A stretch of 64,000 nucleotides of DNA from Escherichia coli (GCF_013315695.1 NZ_CP054353.1); one strand, 5' to 3'; numbered from the stretch's first letter, positions 47,846-63,813 are shown. Notes: generated by a model not told the origin, from the letters alone. Program-made: numbers and translations.

Positions 47846-49981
47846 TTACTCGCCCTGTTCAGCAGCCGGAGCTTCCGGTGCTGCAGCAGGTTGAGACTGC
47901 TCAGTCGCTTCTTTAATGCTCAGACGGATACGGCCCTGGCGATCAACTTCCAGCACTTTCACCGGTACTTCCTGACCCATCTGCAGGTAATCGGTCACTT
48001 TCTCAACGCGTTTATCAGCGATTTGAGAGATGTGTACCAGACCTTCTTTACCGCCGCCGATGGCAACAAATGCGCCGAAGTCAACGATACGGGTCACTTT
48101 ACCAGTGTAGACGCGGCCCACTTCAATTTCTGCAGTGATCTCTTCGATACGACGAATAGCGTGTTTCGCTTTCTCGCCGTCGGTCGCTGCGATCTTCACA
48201 GTACCGTCATCTTCGATTTCGATGGTGGTGCCGGTTTCTTCGGTCAGGGCACGGATAACAGAGCCGCCTTTACCGATAACGTCTTTGATCTTGTCCGGGT
48301 TGATCTTGATGGTATGGATACGCGGAGCGAACTCAGAGATATCGCCGCGCGGCGCGTTGATCGCCTGTTCCATTACGCCCAGGATATGCAGACGAGCACC
48401 TTTAGCCTGGTTCAGCGCAACCTGCATGATCTCTTTGGTGATACCTTCAATTTTGATATCCATCTGCAATGCAGAGATACCGTCGCGGGAACCCGCAACT
48501 TTGAAGTCCATATCGCCCAGGTGATCTTCGTCGCCCAAAATGTCAGACAGTACAACGTAGTTGTCGCCTTCTTTCACCAGACCCATTGCGATACCCGCAA
48601 CAGCAGCTTTGATCGGCACACCTGCGTCCATCAGCGCCAGAGACGCGCCGCACACGGAAGCCATAGAAGAAGAACCGTTGGATTCGGTGATTTCAGACAC
48701 CACACGTACGGTGTACGGGAATTTGTCCATATCCGGCATGACTGCCAGCACGCCGCGCTTCGCCAGACGACCGTGACCAATTTCACGACGCTTCGGAGAA
48801 CCGACCATGCCGGTTTCGCCTACGGAGTACGGAGGGAAGTTGTAGTGGAACAGGAAGGTGTCAGTACGTTCGCCCATCAGTTCATCAAGAACCTGCGCGT
48901 CACGTGCAGTACCCAGCGTTGCGGTAACCAGCGCCTGAGTTTCACCACGGGTGAACAGCGCAGAACCGTGAGTACGCGGCAGCACGCCAGTACGCACATC
49001 CAGACCACGAATCATATCTTTTTCACGACCGTCGATACGCGGTTCGCCTGCCAGTACGCGGCTACGAACAACGTTTTTCTCGATAGCGTGCAGAATTTCA
49101 CCCAGTTCGTTTTCGTCCAGGGTTTCATCTTCAGCAAGCAGCGTCGCGATGGTTTCAGATTTGATGACATCAACCTGCGCATAACGCTCTTGTTTGTCGG
49201 TGATGCGGTAAGCATCGCTCAGACGAGCTTCAGCCAGTGCAGCAACGCGCGCGTTCAGCGCTTCGTTTACCGGCTCCGGCTGCCAGTCCCAACGCGGTTT
49301 ACCGGCTTCTTTCACCAGTTCATTGATGTTCTGAATGACAACCTGCTGTTGTTCATGACCAAACACTACTGCGCCCAACATCTGGTCTTCGCTCAGCAGT
49401 TCAGCTTCAGATTCAACCATCAGTACAGCGGCTTCAGTACCCGCAACAACCAGATCCAGTTTGCTCTCTTTCAGCTCGTCCTGAGTCGGGTTCAGTACGT
49501 ACTGGTCATTGATGTAACCTACGCGGGCAGCACCAATCGGACCATTGAACGGAATACCAGACAGAGACAGTGCTGCGGAAGCACCAATCATCGCGACGAT
49601 ATCCGGGTTAACTTGCGGGTTAACAGAAACCACGGTGGCGATAACCTGAACTTCGTTGACGAAGCCTTCCGGGAACAGCGGGCGAATCGGGCGGTCAATC
49701 AGACGCGCGATCAGGGTTTCGCCTTCGCTTGGGCGGCCTTCACGACGGAAGAAGCTACCCGGGATACGACCAGCAGCGTAGGTACGCTCCTGATAGTTAA
49801 CGGTCAGTGGGAAGAAGTCCTGACCTGGTTTGGCTTTTTTCTGGCCAACAACGGTAACGAATACCGCGGTGTCATCCATGCTAACCATAACAGCGGCAGT
49901 AGCCTGACGAGCCATCATGCCGGTTTCCAGAGTCACGGTGTGTTGGCCGTACTGGAATTTACGAACGATCGGATTAAGCAA
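47846..49981 (-). CDS. pnp: polynucleotide phosphorylase (PNPase), UUG start
   Basis: ORF 47846..50068; N-terminus [21 protein letters not shown] with TTG at complement of 49979..49981; KH and S1 domains at C-terminus. Confidence 0.93.
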
Positions 49982-50037
49982 TGTAATATCCTTTCTCTTT
50001 CTTAGACAGTACCTTACGGCACTGGTGTTAATACCCG

Positions 50038-50211
50038 ATCTTCTGCGCATCCTCGCGACTAATGACAACCCTAACCCAGCCCAATGTGGGTAAAGCCTCT
50101 CATTAGCCGCGCGAACCTCTGCAACGGAAGATCATTCATAGCAACAATACATTAGTTTCCAGTGAATTGCTGCCGTCAGCTTGAAAAAAGGGGCCACTCA
50201 GGCCCCCTTTT
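50038..50211 (+). ncRNA. sraG: small RNA SraG (PsrO), antisense to the pnp leader; boundaries approximate
   Basis: Placed from remembered K-12 spacing (about 57 nt from pnp start, ending about 17 nt before rpsO stop); ends at the bidirectional hairpin. Confidence 0.4.
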
Positions 50212-50213
50212 CT
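50184..50213 (-). terminator. rpsO rho-independent terminator (bidirectional hairpin)
   Basis: GGGGCC-ACTCA-GGCCCC stem flanked by A6 on one side and CTTTTCT on the other. Confidence 0.75.
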
Positions 50214-50227
50214 GAAACTCGCAAGAA

Positions 50228-50593
<366 letters not shown>

Positions 50594-50645
50594 TTAAGCG
50601 GCAGTATTCTACTCGTAGCGACCTGTTATCGCAAGACGGTTAACA

Positions 50646-51590
50646 TTACGCCGGGTATTCAACCACCAGGCGACGAGGCGCGACGCGGCCTTCATCGTCA
50701 ATTTCGCCCATACCGATAAACTTGCCGTTCTCACCTTCTGTAACGCGAACCAGTCCTTCCAGCGGCGCACCGGATGTACGAACCGGGTTACCATTTTTGA
50801 AGTAAACAGAAGACGTTAACGGAAGATTCACCACCGGGTAGTCCGAAGCTGGACTGTCCATTGGCATCAGTAATGGATCAAGTAACTCCGCGGCTGGAAT
50901 ATCCTGCTGTTCGGCTTGTTCAACCAGTTCACGCAGATGTTCCAGGGTCACCATCCGTTCAACCGGATATTTACTTACCGCCAGACGACGCAGGTAAATA
51001 ACATGCGCGCCACAACCGAGTTTTTCGCCGAGATCGTCAATGATAGTGCGGATATAGGTGCCTTTTGAGCAGTGAATTTCCAGCTCCAGCTCATTGCCTT
51101 CATGGCGAATAAACAGCAATTCATAAACGGTAATCGGGCGCGCTTCACGCGGAACTTCAATGCCCTGACGCGCGTATTCGTACAGTTTTTTGCCCTGATA
51201 TTTCAGTGCTGAATACATCGAAGGGATCTGTTCGATATCGCCACGGAAGGTATCCAGCGCCGCCGCCAGTTGCTCTGCACTAAAGGTTACCGGACGTTCT
51301 TCAACGATTTGTCCGTCGGCATCAGAAGTATCGGTACGCTGTCCAAGACGCGCAATGACCCGATAGCGTTTGTCGGAGTCCAGCAGATACTGGGAAAACT
51401 TCGTCGCTTCCCCGAGGCAAATTGGCAACATGCCGGTCGCCAGCGGGTCCAGCGCACCGGTATGCCCGGCACGGTTGGCGTTATAAATCCGTTTCACTTT
51501 TTGCAGTGCATCGTTGCTGGACATCCCCTGCGGTTTATCCAGCAACAAAACGCCGTTAATGTCGCGACCGCGACGACGAGGACGACTCAT
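50646..51590 (-). CDS. truB: tRNA pseudouridine-55 synthase TruB
   Basis: 314-aa [37 protein letters not shown]... Confidence 0.95.
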
Positions 51591-51991
51591 TAGTCCTCCT
51601 TGCTGTCGTCCGGGTTAACACGACGTTCTTCGTCATGTTTGACCACGCTGGTCACCAGGTTTGACATGCGCATCCCTTCAACCAGAGAGTTGTCGTAGAA
51701 GAAGGTCAGTTCCGGCACGATACGCAGGCGCATCGCTTTCCCCAGCAGGCTGCGGATGAAACCAGAAGCTTCCTGCAACGCTTTGATGCCCGCTTTAACC
51801 GCGTCTTCATCTTTGTCGTTGAGGAACGTCACATATACTTTGGCATACGCCAGGTCGCGAGACATTTCGACACCGGAAACGGTGGTCATCATGCCCAGAC
51901 GAGGATCTTTAATTTCACGCTGCAGGATGAGAGCGATCTCTTTTTGCATTTCCTGCGCTACGCGCTGCGGGCGACCAAATTCTTTCGCCAT
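51590..51991 (-). CDS. rbfA: ribosome-binding factor A
   Basis: ORF 51590..52009; start taken at [20 protein letters not shown] (133 aa). Confidence 0.93.
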
Positions 51992-52059
51992 AATAAATTC
52001 TCCTGACAAAAAAGGGGCTGTTAGCCCCTTTTTAAAATTAATTTCAGGTGGAAGGGCTG

Positions 52060-52140
52060 TTCACGTTGGCCTGATAAGACGCGCCAGCGTCGCATCAGGC
52101 AATCCATGCCGGATGCGGCGTAAACGCCTTATCCCGCATG
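52060..52140. repeat. REP palindromic element between infB and rbfA
   Basis: GCCTGATAAGACGCGCCAGCGTCGCATCAGGC and GCCGGATGCGGCGTAAACGCCTTATCC motifs. Confidence 0.7.
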
Positions 52141-52154
52141 GAACCCTAAAAACC

Positions 52155-54827
52155 TTAAGCGATGGTACGTTGGATTTCGATGATTTCGAATACTTCGATC
52201 ACATCGCCAGTGCGGACATCGTTGTAGTTCTTAACGCCGATACCACATTCCATACCGTTACGGACTTCGTTAACGTCATCTTTGAAGCGGCGCAGGGACT
52301 CCAGCTCGCCTTCGTAGATAACCACGTTGTCGCGCAGAACGCGGATCGGGTTGTGACGTTTAACCACACCTTCGGTAACCATACAGCCTGCGATGGCACC
52401 AAATTTCGGCGATTTGAACACGTCACGAACTTCCGCCAGACCGATAATCTGCTGTTTCAGTTCCGGAGACAGCATACCGCTCATTGCCGCTTTCACTTCG
52501 TCGATCAGGTTATAGATGACGGAGTAGTAACGCAGATCCAGGCTTTCCGCTTCAATTACTTTACGTGCAGAGGCATCAGCACGTACGTTGAAGCCAACCA
52601 GGATGGCGTTGGACGCCGCAGCCAGGGTAGCGTCGGTTTCGGTGATACCACCTACGCCAGAACCGATGATCTTCACTTTAACTTCGTCAGTAGACAGTTT
52701 CAGCAAGGAGTCGGAGATAGCTTCCACAGAACCCTGTACGTCTGCCTTCAGGACGATATTCACTTCGTGAACTTCGCCTTCGGTCATGTTGGCGAACATG
52801 TTCTCGAGTTTAGATTTCTGCTGACGCGCCAGTTTAACTTCGCGGAATTTACCCTGACGATAGAGTGCAACTTCACGCGCTTTCTTCTCGTCACGTACAA
52901 CGGTAACTTCATCACCCGCAGCCGGAACGCCGGACAGGCCGAGGATTTCCACCGGAATGGACGGACCCGCTTCCAGCACTTCCTGACCCAGTTCGTTACG
53001 CATCGCACGAACACGACCGTATTCGAAGCCACACAGAACGATATCGCCCTTGTGCAGAGTACCTTCACGTACCAGAACGGTAGCAACCGGACCACGACCT
53101 TTATCGAGGAAGGATTCGATAACCGCACCGCTCGCCATGCCTTTACGTACCGCTTTCAGTTCCAGAACTTCCGCCTGCAGCAGGATAGCGTCCAGCAGCT
53201 CATCGATACCAGTACCCGCTTTCGCAGACACATGTACGAACTGGCTTTCACCGCCCCACTCTTCCGGCAGGATGCCGTACTGGGAGAGTTCGTTCTTAAC
53301 GCGATCCGGATCGGCTTCTGGTTTATCGATCTTGTTCACTGCAACGACCACCGGAACCTGCGCCGCTTTCGCGTGCTGGATTGCTTCGATGGTCTGCGGC
53401 ATTACGCCGTCGTCGGCAGCAACAACCAGGACTACGATGTCCGTTGCCTGCGCACCACGAGCACGCATTGAAGTAAACGCGGCGTGCCCCGGGGTGTCCA
53501 GGAAGGTGATCATGCCGTTTTCAGTTTCAACGTGGTATGCACCAATGTGCTGAGTAATGCCGCCCGCTTCGCCAGAGGCCACTTTCGTTGAACGAATGTA
53601 GTCCAGCAGAGAGGTTTTACCGTGGTCAACGTGTCCCATGATGGTCACAACCGGCGCGCGCGGTTCAGCCGCTGCACCCGTGTCACGGTCGCTCATTACC
53701 GCCTCTTCCAGCTCGTTTTCACGACGCAGGATAACTTTGTGGCCCATCTCTTCAGCAACCAGCTGTGCGGTTTCCTGATCGATAACCTGGTTGATGGTTG
53801 CCATTGCGCCCAGTTTCATCATCGCTTTGATGACCTGAGAGCCTTTAACCGCCATCTTGTTCGCCAGTTCGCCAACGGTGATGGTTTCACCGATCACAAC
53901 GTCACGGTTAACGGCCTGAGCAGGCTTCTGGAAGCCTTGCTGCAGCGAAGAACCTTTACGTTTTCCGCCTTTACCGCCACGTACTGCTGCGCGTGCTTCT
54001 TCACGATCAGCTTTTGATTCAGCGTGTTTGTTGCCTTTCTTCGGACGCGCAGCTTTCGCGTTACGACCACGGCCACGGCCGCCCTCGACTTCACGATCGC
54101 TTTCGTCTTCTGCCTGGCGAGCATGTTGAGAAGTAGTGACGTGATAATCGCTGGAATCTTCAGTCGGTTCCGCGTTATCAGTCCATTTGTTTTCTTCCGC
54201 CATACGACGTGCTTCTTCAGCAACGCGACGTGCTTCTTCTTCGAGTTTACGACGCGCTTCTTCTTCGGCTTTACGCTTGAGCTCTGCAGCTTCCTGCTCA
54301 CGGCGGGCTTTTTCAGCCTGGGCGTTTTTAGTCATATCGTCTTGTTGATTGCTCACTTTGTCTTTTTCCGCAGCTTCACGTTTCGCTTGTTCAGCAGCTT
54401 CACGCTTAGCTTGTTCTGCGGCCTCACGTTCAGCTTTTTGTTGCGCCTCGCGTTTAGCCGATTCTTCTGCCTCACGACGGGCTTGCTCTTCCGCTTCACG
54501 CTGCGCTTGCTCTTCCGCTGCAAGGCGTTCAGCCTCTTGCGGATCGCGTTTCACAAAGGTGCGTTTCTTGCGGACTTCGATTTGTACCGATTTGCTTTTT
54601 CCACCGGTACCAGGAATGTTAAGGGTGCTGCGTGTTTTACGTTGCAGCGTCAATTTGTCCGGGCCTGAATTTTTCTGATTCAGGTGGTCAATCAAAGTCT
54701 GTTTCTCTTGCGCAGACACAGAGTCGTCAGCAGACTTCCGGATACCTGCATCAGCAAATTGCTGTACCAGGCGTTCCACGGAGGTCTGTCGCTCTGCGGC
54801 CAGCGTTTTAATCGTTACATCTGTCAT
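52155..54827 (-). CDS. infB: translation initiation factor IF-2
   Basis: 890-aa [35 protein letters not shown]...; GTPase G-domain ([12 protein letters not shown]). Confidence 0.96.
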
Positions 54828-54851
54828 GCTGTTCCTTCCTGCTACAGTTTA

Positions 54852-56339
<1,488 letters not shown>

Positions 56340-56366
56340 CGCGGGCTTTTCACCTCATCCAGACTA

Positions 56367-56819
56367 TTAAAAGTGGGGAACCAGGTTCGCCTTCTGGATA
56401 TTACTCAGCGCGAACACTTCATCTTTACCTTCGACGGTAACTGTGATCATTTCACCGTCTACCGCTTTGATAACGCCCTGCCATTTACGACGGTTTTGTA
56501 CCGCCATGCGAAGAACCAGAGTCACCTCTTCTCCGACGAAACGGGCGTAGTGTTCAGCCGTGAACAGTGGGCGATCGAGACCCGGTGAGGAGACTTCCAG
56601 GTTATAAGCAACGGTGATGGGATCTTCAACATCCAGCACAGCACTTACCTGGTGGCTCACATCAGCACAATCATCAACATTGATGCCATCTTCACTATCA
56701 ATATAGATGCGCAGTGTGGATGTGCGACCGCGAATAAATTCGATGCCAACCAGTTCAAAACCCAGGGCCTCAACTGGCGCAGTAATCATCTCTGTTAATT
56801 TTTGCTCTAATGTGGACAA
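56367..56819 (-). CDS. rimP: ribosome maturation factor RimP (YhbC)
   Basis: ORF 56367..56831; N-terminus (L)[27 protein letters not shown] with TTG start. Confidence 0.88.
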
Positions 56820-56877
56820 GCCCACCCCCAAGACATAAAAAAAGGGCCTAAAGCCCAGTTATTCTGTAGTCAGATAA

Positions 56878-56900
56878 CAAAAAACCCCGATAAATCGGGG
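56878..56900 (-). terminator. hairpin with U-tract between metY and rimP (partial terminator/attenuator)
   Basis: CCCCGA-TAAA-TCGGGG stem followed on the minus strand by TTTTTTG. Confidence 0.55.
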
Positions 56901-57025
56901 CTTTATATAACTGAACCCTATAACCGCAACTGCGGTCTGGAGCACTTTCCAGAAGGATTTTTTCAAATCCCACTACGAAGGCCGAAGTCTTCACAGTATA
57001 TTTGAAAAAGGACTCTAAGGGAAAG

Positions 57026-57102
<77 letters not shown>

Positions 57103-57363
57103 CCTGAAACGTGGCAAATTCTACTCGTTTTGGGTAAAAAATGCAAATACTGCTGGGATTTGGTGTACCGAGACGGGACGTAAAATCTGCGGGCATTATA
57201 GTGATCCATGCCACATTTTGTCAACGTTTATTGCTAATCACGTGAATGAATATCCAGTTCACTTTCATTTGTTGAATACTTTTGCCTTCTCCTGCTCTCC
57301 CTTAAGCGCATTATTTTACAAAAAACACACTAAACTCTTCCTGTCTCCGATAAAAGATGATTA

Positions 57364-57398
57364 AATGAAAACTCATTTATTTTGCATAAAAATTCAGT
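57364..57398. promoter_or_regulatory. ARG-box-like ArgR operator sequences upstream of argG
   Basis: AATGAAAACTCATTTATT and TTTGCATAAAAATTCAGT approximate the 18-bp ARG box consensus (TGAAT-4-ATTCA). Confidence 0.45.
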
Positions 57399-57434
57399 GA
57401 GAGCGGAAATCCAGGCTCATCATCAGTTAATTAA

Positions 57435-58793
<1,359 letters not shown>

Positions 58794-58800
58794 TTCGACA

Positions 58801-60426
58801 TCAACCCTGCCCTTCAGGGGTGGGGTTACCTTGCTTATCCTCAGTAAACTCCTTTCTTAGCATCACAAAATCGAAAACATCATGGTTTGCATCTACAACC
58901 CGTGAGTCTCCTTTATAGTGTGCAATCACTTCCTCAAGCGTTTGCGGCTGTTCCGGCTTTGTTACCCCCATCCACGCATTAATAAGGTAATTATTGTACG
59001 CAGTGGAAAAGATATCGTTTTCCGTTGTGCGATCCACGCCATCCCCAAGAACGGGGCTATACCAGATAAACATCGGGACATGATATGCCTGCTGGCTGGC
59101 CTCCCTGCCTCCATGAAAATAGACGTTCTTCTTCGTAGGGTCGCGTTCCAGGCCGTGGTCGGCAAAATACATGACCGAGGCGCGGCGATCTTTTAATAAT
59201 TCAAAAACCTGACCTAGCAAACTATCTGTGTAATGAATGGAGTTGTCATAGCAGGCATCCTGATCGTCCTGCGGTTGAAACACGGCGCTGGATTGCGGAT
59301 AGGCGCTACAAGCCGGTTCATGGCTTCCATTTAAATGAAGAACAATCAGTTTCTTTTGCTGCGTCTTTTGCTGTAACGCTTGCGATAAATGCGGCAACAA
59401 CAATTCATCAAATCCTCTGACATAGACTGTTTCCATGGCGCGCATGGCGATACTGGTAACTGCTGTACCATTCTGCCGAAAAGCGGATTGCGAGCTTAGC
59501 CAGAAAGTCTGAAATCCTGCTTGATTAGCCATATTAATAATGTTGTCCGGGTAATTATGAATGTCATGACTCAAAACAGAATCAGCAGTTAAAGAAAGGG
59601 GAACCGACAGCGCAGTGTAAGGTGCACCGCTTATTGCTTGATTAAACAGTTTGATCTGTTTTCTTTGTGCTTCGACTTGCGGTGTCGTAGAGCGTGTGTA
59701 TCCATACAAAGACATATTGTCGACACGTACAGACTCCCCCACAATCAACACGTAGGTATCAATACCTGTATCCCTGACTGATAATTGAAAATACGGCACC
59801 GTGTTTGCAATTGAGAGTAATCTTTGATGCTCTTTCGCTGCTAAAGCAAAATAATTGAGATTGAAAAACGGTGTATAGGTAGCAAATCGCGACGCTAGTA
59901 TATATGGACTGAACGCTTTTTTATTTTTTGCATCTTTATAAGCAAATTGACAAGCGGAAAATAAACTGCCCGAAATGACAATCAGCAATAATATTCCTGT
60001 CACTTTTTTTGTCGGCAAGGAAACATCATATTTTATTATTACTGCCAAAAAAAGAAGGGATAAAAAAGCAAAAGCACATAGATAAGGGATATACATCCCC
60101 AGCATTTTCACAACTTCATCCGGATCACTCTGCAGCACACTAATCGCAAATCCATCATTGAAAGTTGTACCAAAGGTACACCATGAATAGAGGCTAATAC
60201 TCATGTCTGCCGCAGTCAGTAACACAAATGGTGCGGCAACAAGCAGGCGAAGCGGAAGGGATGATATACGTTTAACAACCAGGATGGTCAGGACGAAGAA
60301 CAGCAATCGCTGAACCATATGCGCTCCGGAAGAGGCGACTAAGTTCGTAATACCAAAAACAATAACACAAAGATACAACAACCAATGAGATTTAAAACTT
60401 CTAGCAAATTTGTTGAATACTGTCAT
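58801..60426 (-). CDS. yhbX: putative phosphoethanolamine transferase/sulfatase-family inner-membrane protein YhbX
   Basis: ORF 58801..60459; start taken at MTVFNKFARSFKSHWLLYLCVIVFG (541 aa). Confidence 0.85.
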   Translation of the reverse strand: MTVFNKFARSFKSHWLLYLCVIVFGITNLVASSGAHMVQRLLFFVLTILVVKRISSLPLRLLVAAPFVLLTAADMSISLYSWCTFGTTFNDGFAISVLQSDPDEVVKMLGMYIPYLCAFAFLSLLFLAVIIKYDVSLPTKKVTGILLLIVISGSLFSACQFAYKDAKNKKAFSPYILASRFATYTPFFNLNYFALAAKEHQRLLSIANTVPYFQLSVRDTGIDTYVLIVGESVRVDNMSLYGYTRSTTPQVEAQRKQIKLFNQAISGAPYTALSVPLSLTADSVLSHDIHNYPDNIINMANQAGFQTFWLSSQSAFRQNGTAVTSIAMRAMETVYVRGFDELLLPHLSQALQQKTQQKKLIVLHLNGSHEPACSAYPQSSAVFQPQDDQDACYDNSIHYTDSLLGQVFELLKDRRASVMYFADHGLERDPTKKNVYFHGGREASQQAYHVPMFIWYSPVLGDGVDRTTENDIFSTAYNNYLINAWMGVTKPEQPQTLEEVIAHYKGDSRVVDANHDVFDFVMLRKEFTEDKQGNPTPEGQG

Positions 60427-60844
60427 CCAGAAATCCAAGTTCACAACCAATATAAACAATTATCAACAATGTTCAATTTTATATCAGACATGTTTTTCAA
60501 CTCTGATCCATATCAGACCGAAACACTGTTAGTTTTTTCTTTTTAAATGATGCGACCATTGCGTTCTCAGTGATTAAATAACATTATCAATGCGTCTCTA
60601 AACATTACGCAGAACGTAGCCATCAGTAGTTATACTGACAGGAGCAGGATGGTTTATCGAGAAGTAAACATATCCGTATTCGTACCGGAACTGGAGTTGA
60701 CACAATAAAGTGCCAATTATGTCAGCAGAAGGGAAAAGTTTATAACTAAGGCGTACCGGCACCATCGTTTCAAAGTACCAGCTACGAGTAAAGCAACTGG
60801 ACGAGATACAGATACCTGACAACCATTCCTCAGACCAGGACCAA

Positions 60845-60870
60845 AACGAAAAAAGACGCTTTTCAGCGTC
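60845..60870 (-). terminator. rho-independent terminator downstream of leuU
   Basis: GACGCT-TTTC-AGCGTC hairpin followed on the minus strand by a T-run. Confidence 0.7.
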
Positions 60871-60884
60871 TCTTTTCTGGAATT

Positions 60885-60971
60885 TGGTACCGAGGACGGG
60901 ACTTGAACCCGTAAGCCCTATTGGGCACTACCACCTCAAGGTAGCGTGTCTACCAATTCCACCACCTCGGC
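60885..60971 (-). tRNA. leuU: tRNA-Leu (87 nt, long variable arm), leuU locus
   Basis: Reverse complement GCCGAGGTGGTGGAATTGGTAGACACGCTACCTTGAGGTGGTAGTGCCCAATAGGGCTTACGGGTTCAAGTCCCGTCCTCGGTACCA. Confidence 0.93.
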
Positions 60972-60985
60972 ACGGATACTACTTT

Positions 60986-61318
60986 TTAGTTCGGGATATC
61001 GCTGGTCGGCTTAACCGGAGCAGCTGGCTGAGTTTGTTCGGTTTTCGCCGGCGCACTCAGGTTTTCCCATTCGCTACCTTTATTGGTTTTATTGCTATTG
61101 ATGTTACCCAGCACCAGACTGATGATGAAGAATAACGTTGCCAGCAGCGCCGTCATGCGGGTCATGAAGTTACCAGAACCACTTGAACCAAACAGCGTAG
61201 CGGAAGCGCCTGCTCCGAAGGAGGCTCCCATATCAGCGCCTTTACCTTGCTGCAGCATGATCAGACCAACAAGGCCAATTGCCACAATAAGGAAAACTAC
61301 CAAAAGAGCTTCGTACAT
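60986..61318 (-). CDS. secG: protein-export membrane protein SecG
   Basis: ORF 60986..61366; start taken at MYEALLVVFLIVAIGLVGLIMLQQGKGADMGASFGAG (110 aa). Confidence 0.93.
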   Translation of the reverse strand: MYEALLVVFLIVAIGLVGLIMLQQGKGADMGASFGAGASATLFGSSGSGNFMTRMTALLATLFFIISLVLGNINSNKTNKGSEWENLSAPAKTEQTQPAAPVKPTSDIPN

Positions 61319-61500
61319 AATCAACCTGTTCCTTGCGGAGTTGCCGCGTACCAATGCTTCAACCAATAAAGCGGGAGTTTTTAATCTTTCCCACTGAAGC
61401 GGGTGTGAATACTAACCAAAGCGAATGACCTTCGCAAGGGCAATTTTATTGCATTGTATCAACTGCGGAAAAAAACAGCAAAACTGATGTGTTCGCTGAG

Positions 61501-61522
61501 AAAAAAGGCGACAATCGCCGCC
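61501..61522 (-). terminator. rho-independent terminator downstream of glmM
   Basis: GGCGGCGATTGTCGCC hairpin followed on the minus strand by TTTTTT. Confidence 0.65.
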
Positions 61523-61545
61523 TTTTTAGCCTGTTATCTAACGCT

Positions 61546-62883
61546 TTAAACGGCTTTTACTGCATCGGCGATACGGTGTGCAAATTCAGTCACCTGCGCT
61601 TCGTCTTCGCCTTCCACCATCACGCGAATTAACGGTTCGGTGCCGGATTTACGCAACAGCACACGTCCACGGCTACCCAGCGCCGCTTCAACTTCTGCGG
61701 TCACAGCTTTGACTGATTCATGCTCCAGCGGATCGCCGCTACCTGCGGTGTAACGCACGTTAACCAGAATCTGCGGGAACATTTTCATGCCGCTGCAAAG
61801 GTCGTGCAGGCTCATATGGTTACGTGCCATCGCCGCCAGCACCTGCAAGCCAGCAACGATGCCGTCACCGGTAGTGGTTTTATCCAGCAGGATCACATGA
61901 CCGGAATTCTCTGCACCGATACGCCAGCCTTTCTCCTGCATTTTTTCCAGTACGTAGCGGTCACCCACTTTCGCGCGCGCAAATGGAATTCCTAACTGTT
62001 TCAGCGCCAGTTCAAGCCCCATGTTGCTCATCAATGTACCCACAGCGCCACCACGCAGCTGGCCCTGACGAAGACCTTCACGCGCGATGATATACATGAT
62101 CTGATCGCCATCGACTTTATTGCCTTCATGGTCAACCATAATCACGCGATCGCCGTCGCCGTCGAAGGCAATACCGAGATCCGCTTTTTCAGCCAGCACA
62201 CGGGCCTGGAGCGCGCGAACGTCGGTAGCCCCCACTTCGGCATTGATATTTACACCGTTCGGCTCACAACCGATAGCGATAACGTTCGCTCCCAGTTCAC
62301 GCAGCACGTTCGGCGCGATGTGATAAGTCGCACCATTTGCACAATCCACCACAATCTTCAGTTCACTGAGGCTAAGTTCGTTCGGGAACGTGGCTTTGCA
62401 AAACTCGATATAGCGACCCGCAGCATCAACGATACGGCTGGCTTTACCCAGTTCTGCCGAATCAACGCAGCTGATCTCTTTTTCCATTTCCGCTTCGATG
62501 GCCTCTTCAACTGCATCCGGTAGTTTGGTGCCGTCGATAGAGAAAAATTTAATGCCATTATCGTAGAACGGGTTATGCGATGCAGATATCACAATTCCGG
62601 CCTCTGCGCGGAAGGTACGCGTCAGATAAGCCACGGCCGGTGTTGGCATCGGGCCAGTGAAGAGTGCGGAAAGGCCCGCAGCCGCCAGACCCGCTTCAAG
62701 TGCTGACTCCAGCATATAGCCAGAAATACGCGTGTCTTTACCAATAATGATCTTACGGGAGCCGTGGCGCGCCAGCACTTTACCCGCGGCCCAACCCAGC
62801 TTAAGCACAAAATCAGGGGTGATCGGCGCATCCCCTACACGACCACGAATCCCATCGGTACCGAAATATTTACGATTACTCAT
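61546..62883 (-). CDS. glmM: phosphoglucosamine mutase GlmM
   Basis: 445-aa [40 protein letters not shown]...; active-site SASHNP. Confidence 0.96.
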   Translation of the reverse strand: MSNRKYFGTDGIRGRVGDAPITPDFVLKLGWAAGKVLARHGSRKIIIGKDTRISGYMLESALEAGLAAAGLSALFTGPMPTPAVAYLTRTFRAEAGIVISASHNPFYDNGIKFFSIDGTKLPDAVEEAIEAEMEKEISCVDSAELGKASRIVDAAGRYIEFCKATFPNELSLSELKIVVDCANGATYHIAPNVLRELGANVIAIGCEPNGVNINAEVGATDVRALQARVLAEKADLGIAFDGDGDRVIMVDHEGNKVDGDQIMYIIAREGLRQGQLRGGAVGTLMSNMGLELALKQLGIPFARAKVGDRYVLEKMQEKGWRIGAENSGHVILLDKTTTGDGIVAGLQVLAAMARNHMSLHDLCSGMKMFPQILVNVRYTAGSGDPLEHESVKAVTAEVEAALGSRGRVLLRKSGTEPLIRVMVEGEDEAQVTEFAHRIADAVKAV

Positions 62884-63724
62884 AGCGTTTGTTTTCCTTT
62901 GCAGACAGAGTGGCTTCCACCACCCGCATCGCTTCTACGGTTTCTTTGACGTCATGAACACGAATGATATGCGCGCCTTGCATAGCGGCAATGACCGCAC
63001 AAGCCAGACTACCGCTCAGACGCTCGGACGGCCCCACGTTCAGCAGCTGCCCAATCATCGATTTTCGTGACATACCCACCAACAGCGGCAGGTTGAAATG
63101 GTGAAATTCAGCCAGGCGCGCCAGTAATGAATAGTTATGGGAGAGATTTTTACCGAAACCGAATCCGGGGTCGAGCAACAATTTCTCTTTTGCGATACCC
63201 GCCTGCTCGCAACGTGCTATTTGCTCAATAAAGTAGCGATTCACTTCCGCAAAGACATCGTCATACTTCGGGGCTTCCTGCATGGTTTTTGGATTTCCCT
63301 GCATATGCATCAGGCAAACCGGCAAACCGGTTTCTGCAGCAGCCTCCAGAGCGCCTGGTTCGGAAAGGGAGCGAATATCGTTAATAATGTGAGCGCCAAC
63401 TTTCGCTGACTCACGGATGACTTCTGGTTTGGATGTATCGACCGAGATCCAGACTTCGAAGCGTTGAGCAATTGCCTCAACCACAGGAATAACACGTTGC
63501 AACTCTTCTTCAACGCTAACTTCCGCCGCCCCCGGGCGCGTGGACTCACCACCAACGTCAATGATCGTCGCGCCAGCGTTGATCATCAGATTCGCATGTT
63601 TCACGGCATCTATCAGCGAGTTATGCGTGCCGCCATCCGAAAAGGAATCAGGCGTGACGTTGAGGATCCCCATTACGTGAGGATGGCTAAGGTCCAGTGA
63701 AGTGCCCTGGGCAAAGAGTTTCAT
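62876..63724 (-). CDS. folP: dihydropteroate synthase FolP
   Basis: ORF 62876..63790; start taken at [32 protein letters not shown] (282 aa); overlaps glmM start by 8 nt. Confidence 0.93.
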
Positions 63725-63752
63725 GGTGTTATCCCTGGTATAAATTGATAAG

Positions 63753-63782
63753 AAAAAACCCCGGAGCACGCCCCGGGGTTTT
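63753..63782 (-). terminator. hairpin with flanking A/T runs between ftsH and folP (possible ftsH terminator)
   Basis: CCCCGG-AGCACGCC-CCGGGG palindrome flanked by A6 and T4. Confidence 0.5.
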
Positions 63783-63813
63783 CGGTACAAATACAGTCAT
63801 CTGATGCGGGAAC

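Noticed and set aside
47783-50005. 740-aa ORF on the plus strand, mirrored opposite pnp
   Set aside because: Exactly antisense to the well-recognised PNPase gene; long open frames on the opposite strand of GC-rich, codon-biased genes are common artefacts, and the translation has no recognisable features.
54060-54560. Short tandem-like nucleotide repeats (CGCTTCACG..., GCTTGTTCAGCAGC...) that could be mistaken for a repeat array
   Set aside because: They fall inside infB and encode the repetitive charged ([14 protein letters not shown]) N-terminal region of IF-2; no spacer/repeat periodicity of a CRISPR array.
60460-60884. 425-bp yhbX-leuU intergenic region with a 74-aa minus-strand ORF (60598..60822)
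   Set aside because: No ribosome-binding site context or recognisable protein features; more likely promoter/UTR sequence for yhbX. Could not be supported as a gene or sRNA from sequence alone.
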